The notes under the pieces: model-generated | Seen by the model: only the letters and a program-made list of their open reading frames with translations | Told to the model about the DNA's origin: nothing | The model's database searches: none | Shown here: in pieces, positions 28,692 through 40,311 of the stretch | How the letters are laid out: each line of letters starts with the position of its first letter | Numbering within the stretch: position 1 is the stretch's first letter | From: Octopus bimaculoides | Taxonomy: Eukaryota | Length of the DNA: 64,000 nt | Assembly: GCF_001194135.2 (NCBI RefSeq) | Contig: NC_069001.1 | Coordinates: 4,015,840-4,079,839 of the forward strand | Reading direction: 5' to 3' | Translations under genes and position numbers: made by a program

Positions 28692-29822
28692 TCAGTTGTG
28701 ATATAATAACTGGAGATTGAAAGAAGAAAACAAGAGACATGTGAATGACATTGAGAAGTAAGAAAACAACAAAGTGACGCCAAAGAAAGTCTATACACAA
28801 CAGATGATAAATATATTGATTTATAACTGAGATGGTTAATAATGCCTGCCGGACTTCGCTTTATTGTAAATAGATCTAGGTTTTAAGAGGGTTTAGATAT
28901 TAAACAAAGACAACACATTGATGAGACTTATTGGTTGTTACACTATATTAAAATGTTCGATTTCGTTTATCTTTGTGGAAACAAAACAAATCTTTGAGTT
29001 GGAAAAGTGACTCGTAAATAATAAAGAGACAGAGAGAAAGAGAAAGGAAGAATAAAGCGTTTGTCTGTGTCTGTCTATGCGTGTATGTGTGTNNNNNNNN
29101 NNNNNNNNNNNNNNNNNNNNNNNNNNNNNNNNNNNNNNNNNNNNNNNNNNNNNNNNNNNNNNNNNNNNNNNNNNNNNNNNNNNNNNNNNNNNNNNNNNNN
29201 NNNNNNNNNNNNNNNNNNNNNNNNNNNNNNNNNNNNNNNNNNNNNNNNNNNNNNNNNNNNNNNNNNNNNNNNNNNNNNNNNNNNNNNNNNNNNNNNNNNN
29301 NNNNNNNNNNNNNNNNNNNNNNNNNNNNNNNNNNNNNNNNNNNNNNNNNNNNNNNNNNNNNNNNNNNNNNNNNNNNNNNNNNNNNNNNNNNNNNNNNNNN
29401 NNNNNNNNNNNNNNNNNNNNNNNNNNNNNNNNNNNNNNNNNNNNNNNNNNNNNNNNNNNNNNNNNNNNNNNNNNNNNNNNNNNNNNNNNNNNNNNNNNNN
29501 NNNNNNNNNNNNNNNNNNNNNNNNNNNNNNNNNNNNNNNNNNNNNNNNNNNNNNNNNNNNNNNNNNAAACAATATTTGTTGCAACTTTTTTTTTTCCTTC
29601 CGATAGTTATTAGTGTGACGGGAAGGGAGACGGACTAGTTTCGTTTCGTTTGTATCAAAGTTTTTATATAGTCTAATGTTGTAATTATATAAACCGGATG
29701 TATATATCCCCGACTATATAAAGCGCGTGAGTACGTGTTTCGGTCATTTGCGGAGCAGTTTGTTGGCTGTTGCTGAGGTATGTGCTTTATAAGTCAATCA
29801 GCAAGACTGGGGGGAAACCATA
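28692..29822 (+). repeat. Duplicated block, copy 1 (upstream region + core promoter + exon 1; contains an N gap)
   Basis: 28692-29092 matches 40312-40704 with about 4 substitutions; 29567-29810 reads identical to 41217-41460 by eye. Confidence 0.92.
29715..29749 (+). promoter_or_regulatory. Core promoter of snoRNA host copy 1: TATA box plus Inr
   Basis: TATATAAAG at 29715 and TCATTT (TCAKTY Inr) with its A at 29746, exactly 31 nt downstream; a GAG|GTATGT donor follows at 29777/8. Confidence 0.75.
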
Positions 29823-30224
29823 GCGTATATGTAAGATATATACAGCTTAAGCATGTTGAAAACAATCCATAGTTTAAGACTTAGCCATTTTAGTAATCGA
29901 ACTATATTTTTTCATGATGTATTAACGTTAATCTCCTTTCTTCATAGATCAGTATGTATTTTATGACTAGAATTAATATATACTTATTTTTTTCGCTTTT
30001 CCGGTGAATCTAAATATTTTTTTATCTTTTATCTCTTGATAAAAAGACATGACTTTAATGTAATATGTATTTTGTGTATAGATTTACGGTGATCTAACTG
30101 AAACGGTTCTGCCGTGAGTGGAATCTGCGGTAACCTGCAGCCACGTGGATTCATCTGTTGCATTCCGTTCTCACACATTACTACACGTGGTCTCTTGCTG
30201 TTTATTGTGCTACTGATTTTTCTA

Positions 30225-30344
30225 TTTCGGTGATGACATTCGCTATTCTGAAGATCAGTTGTTCTCTTCGCGGTGCAGTTTTTGTGCTTTCGAAGTTCTG
30301 ACAACTTTTTACATTGCTGTCTTTTGAGGCATTTGTCTGAGAAA
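30225..30344 (+). ncRNA. SNORD15: Box C/D snoRNA, SNORD15/U15 homologue (copy 1; D' guide diverged)
   Basis: C box GTGATGA 30230, D' CTGA 30248, D guide TTGAGGCATTTGT + CTGA 30337, terminal TTTC/GAAA stem. The guide is complementary to conserved LSU rRNA CCAAAUGCCUC. Confidence 0.82.
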
Positions 30345-30835
30345 TTACATTCAGTACAGTCCTAATTGGGTTTTTTTTTAAATCCTACCCTGCTGTCCAT
30401 ACGACTACCAGAGTCTGCTTTTGTATAGGTTTTTTTAGTTCTATATCTTTTATAGTTTCAAATATATGTGTTGCGGTTAATTTTTTATATCGTTTCAGTG
30501 AGAAATTGTTAAGCTTGATGGATTCGTAAAATTTTTGTACCCAAGCTGTCCGCATGTGTCGATCGAGCCATAATTTACTAGTGTATCAATTAGTAGCCCT
30601 TTAGTGTATGCCTGTTTTTAATGGTAGCTCTTTCATTTGTCTCATTTAAATTAAGAGATGTTTTGCTAGTTAGTTTTAATTTTTACAGAAGCCATTAGGA
30701 TGTTAATTTTCGTCGTTCCTCGTGGGCGATCTGTGTACTGCCGTCTGTTACGTTTGACCTCAACCTTACTGTGACGGTCAACAATGTTACCCTTGCTAAA
30801 TATATCACTGTACCGTTGTAGTTCTACGGAAATGT

Positions 30836-30905
30836 CCCAAGGGTGATGATCTTGTGGATCGACTGATTGTCTTGACGATTTCCTTTTGCCCCTATCTGAC
30901 TTGGG
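30836..30905 (+). ncRNA. Box C/D snoRNA family A copy 1 (D guide like SNORD80/snR60)
   Basis: CCCAAG/CTTGGG terminal stem, C GTGATGA 30843, D' CTGA 30863, C'-like TTGACGA 30872, D guide CTTTTGCCCCTAT + CTGA 30896, complementary to LSU rRNA AUAGGGGCGAAAG. Confidence 0.82.
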
Positions 30906-30910
30906 GATCC

Positions 30911-31329
30911 AGATGGACTATATGTAATCTGAACCTTTCCACCCCTTATTTTTTATTTTTTACCTAATCCCACGTTTTAGGCTATGGCGATTCTGATTCT
31001 GAAAAAAAAAAATTTCAAATTTTCGATTTCTCCCCCCCCNNNNNNNNNNNNNNNNNNNNNNNNNNNNNNNNNNNNNNNNNNNNNNNNNNNNNNNNNNNNN
31101 NNNNNNNNNNNNNNNNNNNNNNNNNNNNNNNNNNNNNNNNNNNNNNNCTAGTTTTGTGAGATTTGGCTGTTATTTCTAGCATGTTAATAGCCTGCTTGGT
31201 GGTAGGGGGGAATTGAAATTTTTCAAACAATTTTTTTTCAGAATCGGAATCTCCATAGCCTAAAACGTGGGATTCCGTAAAAAAAAATAATAAATAGGGG
31301 GGGGGGTTCAGATTACATATAGTCCGTCT
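30911..31329. mobile_element. MITE/foldback element with long (over 100 bp) imperfect TIRs; centre in N gap
   Basis: 30911-31030 (AGATGGACTATATGTAATCTGAAC...CCCACGTTTTAGGCTATGG) is the reverse complement of about 31205-31329. No clear TSD. Confidence 0.75.
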
Positions 31330-31704
31330 CCGCTATAGATTTGAGTATGCCATCGTGGCGTGGAATACAAATTACGGCGATCTTACGTTAAGGACTTGTA
31401 ACGTAAGATCGCCAAAATGACTGTTATACATCAGCTTCTTCGCATGTTATTTAGATCACTTCCGTTTGTCTCAAAGGGTGTTTATCCCTGACTTTTAATA
31501 AGAATAACCCCTCAAGGGAAAGCACGATGTCTGCCTTTGTTCATAGACCGACTCAAGCACTCGGGTCCAGGTAACTTACTGTACAAAATATGGAAAGTGC
31601 TATGTGGGGCTGGGTGACAGAATTAGTTATACTGTTAATGGGCGGTCAACAATTGTAAAAGTGATTTATGGACATCCTGTTATAGTATCAACATTACCAA
31701 TGCG

Positions 31705-31796
31705 TTCTGATGTTGTGATGAACATTGGGTCGGAGTACTGTGCTATTTTCAGCAGTGATGACAGCTCTACTCGTTCACTTCTTCTGAATATCAGAA
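31705..31796 (+). ncRNA. Box C/D snoRNA family B copy 1 (target unassigned)
   Basis: 10-bp terminal stem TTCTGATGTT/AATATCAGAA, C GTGATGA 31715, probable D' CTGT 31738, internal hairpin TGCT/AGCA, C' GTGATGA 31755, D CTGA 31784. Three homologous copies in the window. Confidence 0.8.
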
Positions 31797-32812
31797 CCTA
31801 ATTCTGTGAGCTCTATAACCCTTCAGCATGCAGATTATTCGGTCATATGTATTACTTATTCGCATTTTGAGTCAATCGTGCTTTAACCCGTAGCTTTGAG
31901 ATTTATTTTTAGAATATTGTTGGATATGTGTGAGATACCAAAGATGGTCGGTTTGAATGTTAGTGTTACTCCTGGGTTCCTTTTGCGAATTGGCTTTTTA
32001 AATCTGTTTTGTGTAAAGTTTAATAAAATATGTTTATAAAAGATAAACCTTTCCATGTCCCCCCTCCTATTCTAAAATATTTTACTTGTTTGATGTGACC
32101 CAAAAGTTTGTTTATAGCTTCGGTTGCATTTCGTGTTACTCTTCCAAGGGCGTATAGAATAGGTATGTATTGTTTCGTTCGTGTGCATCATGTACTGAAA
32201 GTTCTGGCTGCTTTTCTCGATTCTCCAGTGTTTTGCAAAATCAAGCTCATACTATGAATAAAATTTGTGCAACTTTTGTAGTGGTGGGGTGGGCATCCTG
32301 CGGGCGACTAACAATGTTGCAAAGAATAGGCAGCCATTTGAAAGATCTTCATTTTTAATTACTATAGTTTAGTATCAAGCGTCAGGTGAAATCGTAGCCA
32401 TGGTACATAAAAGCATCCATTACATTCTCTTACTGGTTAGCATCAGGAAGGGCGTGCAACTGTAGAACCTGTGCCGAATCAGACAGGAGTCTGGTGCCGC
32501 CCCTCAGCTTGCCAACATGGACAGCGGACGTTAAAATGATGATAATGTGGTACTTTTGAAATATGCAAAGGTGCTTTAATGGATTGAAGAATTTCCCTGG
32601 TGAAGTTTTTTTGCCTTTGTCTCACTTAGGACATTTCGTTGATGTTTTCACTTACATATACTGTTGTGTCTGGGGAGAGTCGTTCTCTTTTAGTGCATTA
32701 TAATTTAACGGACTCACCGGTAAGGTTTCTACTTAATTCCTTTATTTTCGTTGCGTCTTACAAGAAGCAACGAAGATTTTAGAAAAAATAATCCTCTCTC
32801 TATATTGCTTTT

Positions 32813-32885
32813 GTCCTGAGGATGATGATCTTGTGGATCGACTGATGTCTTGACGATTTTCCTACGCCCCTATCTGACTAGGGAC
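32813..32885 (+). ncRNA. Box C/D snoRNA family A copy 2
   Basis: ATGATGA 32822, D' guide TCTTGTGGATCGA identical to copy 1 + CTGA 32842, TTGACGA, D guide CCTACGCCCCTAT + CTGA 32874, GTCC/GGAC terminal stem. Confidence 0.78.
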
Positions 32886-33067
32886 TATTTATGAATATTA
32901 TGAGTGGGATAAAATTAGTGATAGTGTGGTCCTATTGAAATACACACAGGAGGTACTTTAGTGGATTGAATAAGTTCCCTGGTGAATTATCTTAGAACAT
33001 TTATATTGTAGGTGGATTAGGAAATGATTTCATTTTTTTCAGTGGACAATGTATGGAAATATAAAAA

Positions 33068-34140
33068 GGGTGCTGTTGGAAAGTTACTGGCTTTAAGGGT
33101 AAAGCTGGGAGGTAGGTCAGAAGATATGCAAAATATCATGATGGTATACGATATATCTTTCTCTTTTTTGCAGATTTAACGCATGATGGCAGCTCCTAGT
33201 GTGTTTTGATAACATTGAAGTACAAGCAGTAATGAAGTCCCTCTTTCTGCAAGGCAAACAACCAGCAGAAATCCCTAGCAAGATGAAGGAAGTATTGAAA
33301 GATGGCTGTCCATCTTATTCCACGATAAAAATCTGGCTGACAAGGTTTCAGACCGATCATTTTGAGGTCATAGATAAACCCCAGTTGGGACAGCCAACTT
33401 CTGCAACTACAGAGGACTGCTGGATCTCAGCTGAGACTCTAGGGATTTCCTGCGAAAGATTTCATCACACCATCCATGACATTCTAGGCATGAGAGGGTT
33501 TTCTGCAAAGTGGGTGCCAAAATAGGTACATCAAAATGACAGCAGAAGTTGATTTTATGGCTCGTTTAGTCACCACAGGTGGAACTAGGCTTCATCGTTA
33601 TGGTCCCCGGACCAAGCAGCAATTGGTGGAATGGTATCACAGTGGTTCACACCACATCCCAAGGCGTTTTGGACACTGAAAACAAGATTTTGGCTTCAGT
33701 GTTCTGGGACAAAGCTGGAGTATTCATTTTAGAATACCTGCCAAAGGGTCACACCATCAATGCAGAAATGCCATGGAAAACTGACCCATGATGTCTTGTT
33801 TTTGTAGGGTAGTGCACCAGCACATGAAACCCTAGAAAAAATACACAGCTTTGGCTTTAAATTGGTAGTCCGCTCCTGACTTGACCCCCTCTCACTATCA
33901 CCTCTTTTCATAACTGAAAAAACAGCTCAACAGAATGAAATTTCATTCTGAGAAGTGATTGTTGCTACAGAGGCATGGTTAGAGGCCCAACCTTCCAAGT
34001 TCTTTTTTCAGGGTTTAGAAAAACTGAAGGACTGCTGTGGTAAGTTTGTGTATCTGAAAGGGGAGTATGTTGAATAAAATCATTAACTGATCCTCCTGTA
34101 TTTTCTTTTATCCAAGGTCTGGAACTTTTAAGTATCCCCT
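33068..34140 (+). mobile_element. Decayed mariner (Tc1/mariner) DNA transposon
   Basis: Imperfect TIRs (GGGTGCTGTTGGAAAGTTACTGGCTTT ... AAGGTCTGGAACTTTTAAGTATCCCCT). Frameshifted transposase pieces: HTH-like VQAVMKSLFLQGK...SYSTIKIW, FSAKWVPK, KILASVFWDKAGVFILEYLPKGHTINAE. Confidence 0.88.
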
Positions 34141-34154
34141 TGTATGTAATAAGT

Positions 34155-34243
34155 TCTGATATTATGATGAACACAGGTCGGAACACTGTGCTATTTTCAG
34201 CAGTGATGACAGCCCTACTTGTTCACTACTTCTGAATATCAGA
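34155..34243 (+). ncRNA. Box C/D snoRNA family B copy 2
   Basis: TCTGATATT/AATATCAGA stem, ATGATGA 34164, GGTCGGAACA-CTGT, AGCAGTGATGAC, CTGA 34232. Confidence 0.78.
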
Positions 34244-37199
34244 CACTAATTGTGTGATGTCTTGATCTTTGATTCCCTTTCACTGATTCATTTCTTAAAT
34301 CAACATTTTGTAATCATGAAATTCAATAAAATATTTTTATTAAAAAAAAAAACCTGTCTGTGCTTCCCTTCCTCTATTATGAAAGTAAATCTGTTTTTAG
34401 TCCAGTTGGATTTCATCTCACTTTTTCAAGGACATGTACTGAATTGAAGTTTGGGCCACTGACCTACATTTCCGATGCTTTACAAAGCCAAGATTGACCA
34501 GTACTATTAATCCTTTGACATTCAGATTAATTTGTCAAATGTAATGATTATTCATCACATTTTTTTTAAAAATCATTTAGTGTCTTGTAGTTTCAAGATT
34601 TTGAAAATGTGATTGTTTATTTTTAGAAAGACATTGTAGGGTGGGTGTGAGAGGTTGAGGCTGGTCAGTTTCAACATAGTGCAGTATTTGGGCTAGGTAT
34701 GGCCAGTTTAAATTTTAAAAAGTTATTAAACATTTAGCTCCTGCAGGAGAGGGTTCTTCCATTTTGGGTTTTTCATTCTGGATCTCAAACCATGCAAAGA
34801 AACTTCACTTTTAATACATTAGAAGAGGATTAATAAGAGTCTTGTAATATTTTGAGGAAAGTCAGCTCTATTATATTTTACACTAGCAGATAGGGGGATA
34901 CAACTCTGGGGTTGTTTCAGTCTTATTAAACTTTGGTTGAGTACAAGAAGTGGAAAGTTAACATTGGTAGCCACAAAAACACTGGTATTGATTTAGAATT
35001 TTAATCCTACAAGTATGGAGTGATTTGGTCTAAATGATTCAATACCTGAGAGAGGCAAACAAGGGCTGCCCCCAGGTAGTACATGCACTAGCTACACCAC
35101 TTCATATTGCTCAAAGACACACTAATCTGTAACTGTTATAGTTTTATCTAGTTAGCAGTTTTTAGTGAAACTGGTAACAGTTCTTAGAATATAAATCTCA
35201 TTAAGCAGCTGCTTCAATAGCAATTAGGTTGACGGGGGGGGGGGGTTCTTCTTGAAACCATCTTATGACATGGTTAATGATATTTATCCACAGCTTAAGC
35301 ATTTGTTGGAAATTTTTGCAATATGCTTTGACATTAAGAAACACCTTTTCTGGCAAACCCTACCAGTGCATGCAAAAATATCAGGTATTTCTTAACAAAA
35401 CATGGTGGCTGTATGCTTTACCAATATGTTGTACAGCATACAAATGGGCTCGGTATTTCATTCTTTAGTATTCTGACTATTTTGTTGAATGTAATACTTG
35501 TTTATTCACAAGTTTTGAATTCTCTTGTAGCTTTGAGATTTCTATGATGTAGTTTAGTTTTAGAATGACATTGGAGAGTAGGTGTGATGAGGATTCGCAT
35601 TTACAGCCATCAAGTGATGTCTAATCATGGCACTTGACTGTGGCCATGCTAGAGCACTGCCTTGAAGGGTTTTAGTCGAGCAAATCAACCCCAGGACTTA
35701 TTTTTTGTGAGCCTAGTACTTATTCTATCAGTCTCTTTACTGAGCTGCTAAGTTATGGGGACTTAACACACCAACACTGGTTGTCAAGTTGTGATGGGGA
35801 ACAAACACAGAAGATATATATATACATATATACGATGGGCTTCTTTCAGTTTCAGTCTACCAAATCCACTCAAGGTTTTGTTCAGCCTGTGGGTACGGTT
35901 GAAGACACTTGCTCATAGTGACTGAACCTGGAATCAAGCTTACCAATATTTAGCAGAAGTAATAGTGACTCAAGGTCTGAGACTTTTATACCTTGACACT
36001 AGAAACTCAGACTTTGAGTCATTCTTAGTGCTAAATATTAAAAAAAAGAAATTTACACATGCTCATATTTGGAGTTGTTTTCACTGTGCAGCTTAGCAGT
36101 TCCAGTCAAGCTGTCTAGCATGGAAAGCAGACATTAAATGATGATATATATAAAATATACTACAGGCTTCTTTCAATTTCTGCCAAACAAATCCACTTAC
36201 ACATTTTGGTCTAGCTGAAGCTATATAGTAGAACTCACTTGTCCAAGGTGCCATGCAGTGAGACTGAACTCAAAACTGAGAAGCAAGATTCCTAAGTACA
36301 TTATCAAGAAAGTTTCTAAAAGCAATTTCTAGAAATAACGAATTCTGCTGGCAGCATTGCATTGATTTGTACTAATACTTCCAAGATAGCAAAACTTGTT
36401 CATAACTCTGACAGGTTGACTATTAATTACAAGATTATTGGAGTTATGTTCCCATGACAGTCATTGATTTGGTTTCATCAAAATTAATTAATAAACCACA
36501 TTCAGGGTTTTTTGTTTTTTTTTTCTTGACATTTTTAACATTCACTTTTCGATGCTCACATAGTTCAGAATTTCTTGAAGCAAATTTTGAATGGTTAGAT
36601 GGTTCAGTGGTTCTTGTCAACCCTCACCTGTTTTCAAGTAAGGTAATATTTTCTTTCATGACTGGACATGTTTTTATGGAGGATTGAAAATGAATGGAAC
36701 TACCTTTTTTGAAAGTAATGATGATTTACAAATAAGATGCATGAATATACAACGAAATTCAGTTTCTGTCAAGGAAATCCGCTCACAAGGCTCTGATCAG
36801 CCTCAGTCTATAGAATACTCTTGTCCAAGGTGCCATGCAATAAAACAACCAAGGGTGGTTTTTCTTTTACTTGTCTCAATCATTTAACTGGAGCACTGCC
36901 TTTAATTAAAAGGGTTGGTGAGTGAATTTAACCAGATAGCTATGCCTCTTTGTCTTCAAAATGTCTCATCAACGTCATTATGATTCTCATTTCGGGGATC
37001 ATTCATGTAATGACATTTTTGGTTCAATTAATTTTGAAAATAATGAAGAATTTATTAAAATAACTTTATTAAGCTGGTATTTAGAACATAAATTAACATG
37101 AGATTTCGATGGAAGGATTTTAAATCACTTTGAAATAATATTTGTAGCATAGAACTAGGAACGGTCTCAGGTGGGTTGGTGTCGGATAGTTATTAACGA

Positions 37200-38350
37200 C
37201 CTTTGAAATCTAGAACATTCTTCAGAGTATTACAGTTGATACAATACATGAGGTTGGTGGAGGTGAGGTTAAATTGGTTAATGAGGTGGAATTGAGGATT
37301 ATGAGCACGCCATTAGAAATGAAATCAAATGTAGAGCTGGAGTATTTAAAGGCATCAGGCTATTAGTGGGTGAAGGGAATTTTTTTTAGAGGTCCCTTTT
37401 GAAAAAGAAGAGTTGGGGATTAAGAAAGACTGGTAATTAAAGTTAATATGGATAGCTGATTGAAGAGGCATGTCAGACAAGTGAAAGTCATAGGAAGAAC
37501 TTTTTGGGTTTGTGTGTTTAGAATAAAAGAGCAGAGGTTTTGGGAATCACTGGAATGTAGAATAATAGACCAACACTTCAGTGTCATGCTGTGCCAGGAA
37601 GACATGCTGCATTTCATCAGTTTTGTAAATAGATATTGGAATCAAAATTTATTGATGGTTCCGGTGTGAGTCATATCGATGGTTCTGGTGTGAAATGAGG
37701 AGGCAATGTAAAGATAATCAATACTGACAGGAAGATACCAGAAGTATTTGAGCTGGTAGAGATAAATCCAAAAGATGGGTGGTAAGTGTTGAAGATAATT
37801 TCATGTGAAGAGTGTCTCATCATTTAACATTCATTTTTACTTGTTTGCATGGGTGAGAAGGAATTTGAGTTTATCTTGGTAGTTATGGCTTCCCTGAGAG
37901 ATTGTTGACAGAATTTATTGAACAAGGAATTAACGGTAAGGACAAGTTTAGCTTTAGAAGAGAAGTGATACCAGGTGAAGACTGGAAGTCACAGAAATGT
38001 TTAACAGCTTAAATCTTGTCGTTGATGGAATGGCTGCACAAGTGGGAAACAAATAACGTTGAGAAATAAAGGAATGAATGATTAATATCCTTGGTACATT
38101 GAAACAGGTGAACAAGAGGTGATACGAGTTTATCAAGGTAACTGGAAAGAAGTCCAATGGGAAACCGGATGGTTGCGTTGTGTAGATTAGAGAGAAAATA
38201 GAAGGTATACGATGATGAGGTTAATAGAGGTGGAGGTGGCTGCTAAAGAAGTGATCAGTTCCTCAATAGTACAGTGGAATATTTGATTATTGGGTCGCGT
38301 ATTATTGAGCTGTTGGGATGACGTCTCTCAGTAAAAGTCACTCCATCAAA
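37200..38350 (-). mobile_element. Highly decayed Penelope-like retroelement
   Basis: Minus-strand relics TFYFLSNLHNATIRFPI (cf. FYxLPKIHK...RPI), SSYLDKLVSPLV...KDINH (cf. YLDxxLxPxV...KDTNH), and MYCINCN near the 3' end (GIY-YIG start). Many stops. Confidence 0.55.
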
Positions 38351-40172
38351 CAACAGCATCACTCTCTCGGTAGGTTTGATTTTGTCATTACTCCCGCTTA
38401 TGAGTATCAGAGTTCATCAACCGTGATAGTCTGGGTTCCTTTTTCAAATTGAATAAATTCTGACAGCAATATTTCATCACAGATCGAACTATTCCAAGTC
38501 ATTTGTTTATATCATGCTGTTCTGTTTAACATAGATAACCAAAAGCATCAGTGTGCAGAGATCTATTTTCCGTGTGTAAATAAAGAATTTAAAAATTAAG
38601 CCTTCGATGAACAATAAAACATAGAAATGGAACCTTCAGCATCCGACAGGGATACAATTTATCATGAATGGTAACTATAGCATTATGTGGAACGGTAGAC
38701 GTTAATTGAGGGGAAGCTGGCTGGCGAGTTGGAGTTTGGTGAATTTTATTGGTGTTGAAAAAGCCAATAAGGGGTGCTATTCGCTGTTCATAGATGTGCA
38801 TATGTTTATCGAACAAAATACGAGTGAACAGAACAGGTGAACAAACGATGGCGAGATGTATACTGTAATGAACGAAGTCACGGTAAAGGTTGTTTGTGTT
38901 AGGTGAACCTCTTAGACTTGCTGAGCCCTATTTGAAGTTACACCTAATTATTGACCACACCCAATTATTCCGACCCTTCACTATTATCCACACAGTACTG
39001 TCATTTCCGAGATGCAATATCATATAATGGTGTTGCTTGCTAGACACGGCATGGATAGGGATCAATGGTGATAGCAAATCGAACGGAAAAGCATGCATAA
39101 GGCATGCAAGATGCGAATGAAATTGTATAAAGTTATTACCTCTTATCCGGAACTCTCAAGCAACCGGTTTCAAGGGAAAATAAAGTTTTGTAAATTAGAG
39201 TCAAAACAATTTGTATTAATTAACTGTCCTTATAAGAAAGTTTCTACTGCATATTTCACTGCATTTACAGTACCTGCATTTTATTTGGTTAATGAAGCTT
39301 GTTATTTAATTAAATGAAATTATATCTTCATTTGTATTTCGTTTCTACTATATGCAGAATATTAATTTTATATATATAAATCGAGAGAGAGAGAGGGGAG
39401 TTTTAAAATTTGTAAGGCGCTATGGTAATTTAAAAAGTGATGATCAGATATACGGAAAATTCAGTTATCCAGCCACACTCCGATCCCTGTGGTGCTGGAT
39501 AGGCGGGAGTTTACTTTGTGTATGTGTGTGTACATTTTGACGTCCAGGAATTACTGGACAATTTTATTCAGAGGCGGCGGAGATGTATGTTTTGAAAGAG
39601 ATTTGGCTGCTTTATCTAGCAAATCAAGTAATCATAACTATTATGTATGCTCCTCCTGCATTGGTTCATGTACAGGGCAGTGTTATTGTTTAACCCCGGG
39701 TCACTGAGCGAATAGACCTTATGATTAACGGCAGAGCAAGCACGACTGTTTCTTCGTTCACCAAGACACTATATTAACCAGTTGTTTGGTTAAGATAGTA
39801 ACTTCTAATTTGAGGGAGATTTGGCTAATATTTCTAGCAGGGTGAGATGTTAATGCAGAGCCCAGGACCGTCTCAGCAGCATTATAGGCCACCGGGGAAA
39901 CCAAGAATCTTGGCCCTATTGATTTATTGGCAGCAAACCACAGCATACATAAATCATAAGTAAGCCCCTAGGCAACTGCCCTGTGTGCCCATATCTTAAG
40001 AGGACACCGATACTGGCTGTTGTTCACTTGGACATTGGTGATTCAGGGGATGAAATAACAGATAAAGGACTCAATACTCGATTTGAACAGGACTGGTCAG
40101 GTAAGGTAAATAAATATGGATGATTATGGACAGTACTATGGTGAGATGGTCAAAAAAATAAGCAGAATTTGC

Positions 40173-40264
40173 CGCGGAGGTAAAGAATACGTACACCACC
40201 CTGCTTTCGGCGTAACAAAAACACTAACCCTAAACACCGGGTGTACGTATTCTTTACTTTCGCC
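40173..40264. mobile_element. 92-bp Merlin-type MITE with a CTAACCCTAA motif
   Basis: Core IR GTAAAGAATACGTACACC / GGTGTACGTATTCTTTAC, right end reads GGCGA on the minus strand, 8-bp TSD GAATTTGC / AAATTTGC (7/8). Confidence 0.62.
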
Positions 40265-40311
40265 AAATTTGCTTCATGTTGAGGACAGTAGCGGTAGCTA
40301 GAACTGATGAT

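Larger units (their letters stand above)
29746..32045 (+). ncRNA. Predicted non-coding multi-snoRNA host transcript, copy 1 (read-through to about 34345 would include the second A-B module)
   Basis: 32-nt ATG-less exon 1 (29746-29777), then box C/D snoRNAs spaced several hundred nt apart. Candidate mini-exon 31547-31570 (tag|...ccag|gtaact), candidate last exon from 31895 and AATAAA at 32022. No recognisable ORF. Exon structure inferred. Confidence 0.6.

Noticed and set aside
30720-30835. Hairpin (GCCGTC/GACGGT) considered as an H/ACA snoRNA
   Set aside because: No properly placed ANANNA hinge or terminal ACA box found.
34250-34290. TGATGT...CTGA pair after snoRNA B2
   Set aside because: Only about 30 nt between boxes and no terminal stem; too short for a C/D snoRNA.
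29746-34345. Idea that the snoRNA host encodes a ribosomal or other housekeeping protein
   Set aside because: No exon-sized frame with recognisable protein similarity between the snoRNAs in either copy; exon 1 has no ATG.
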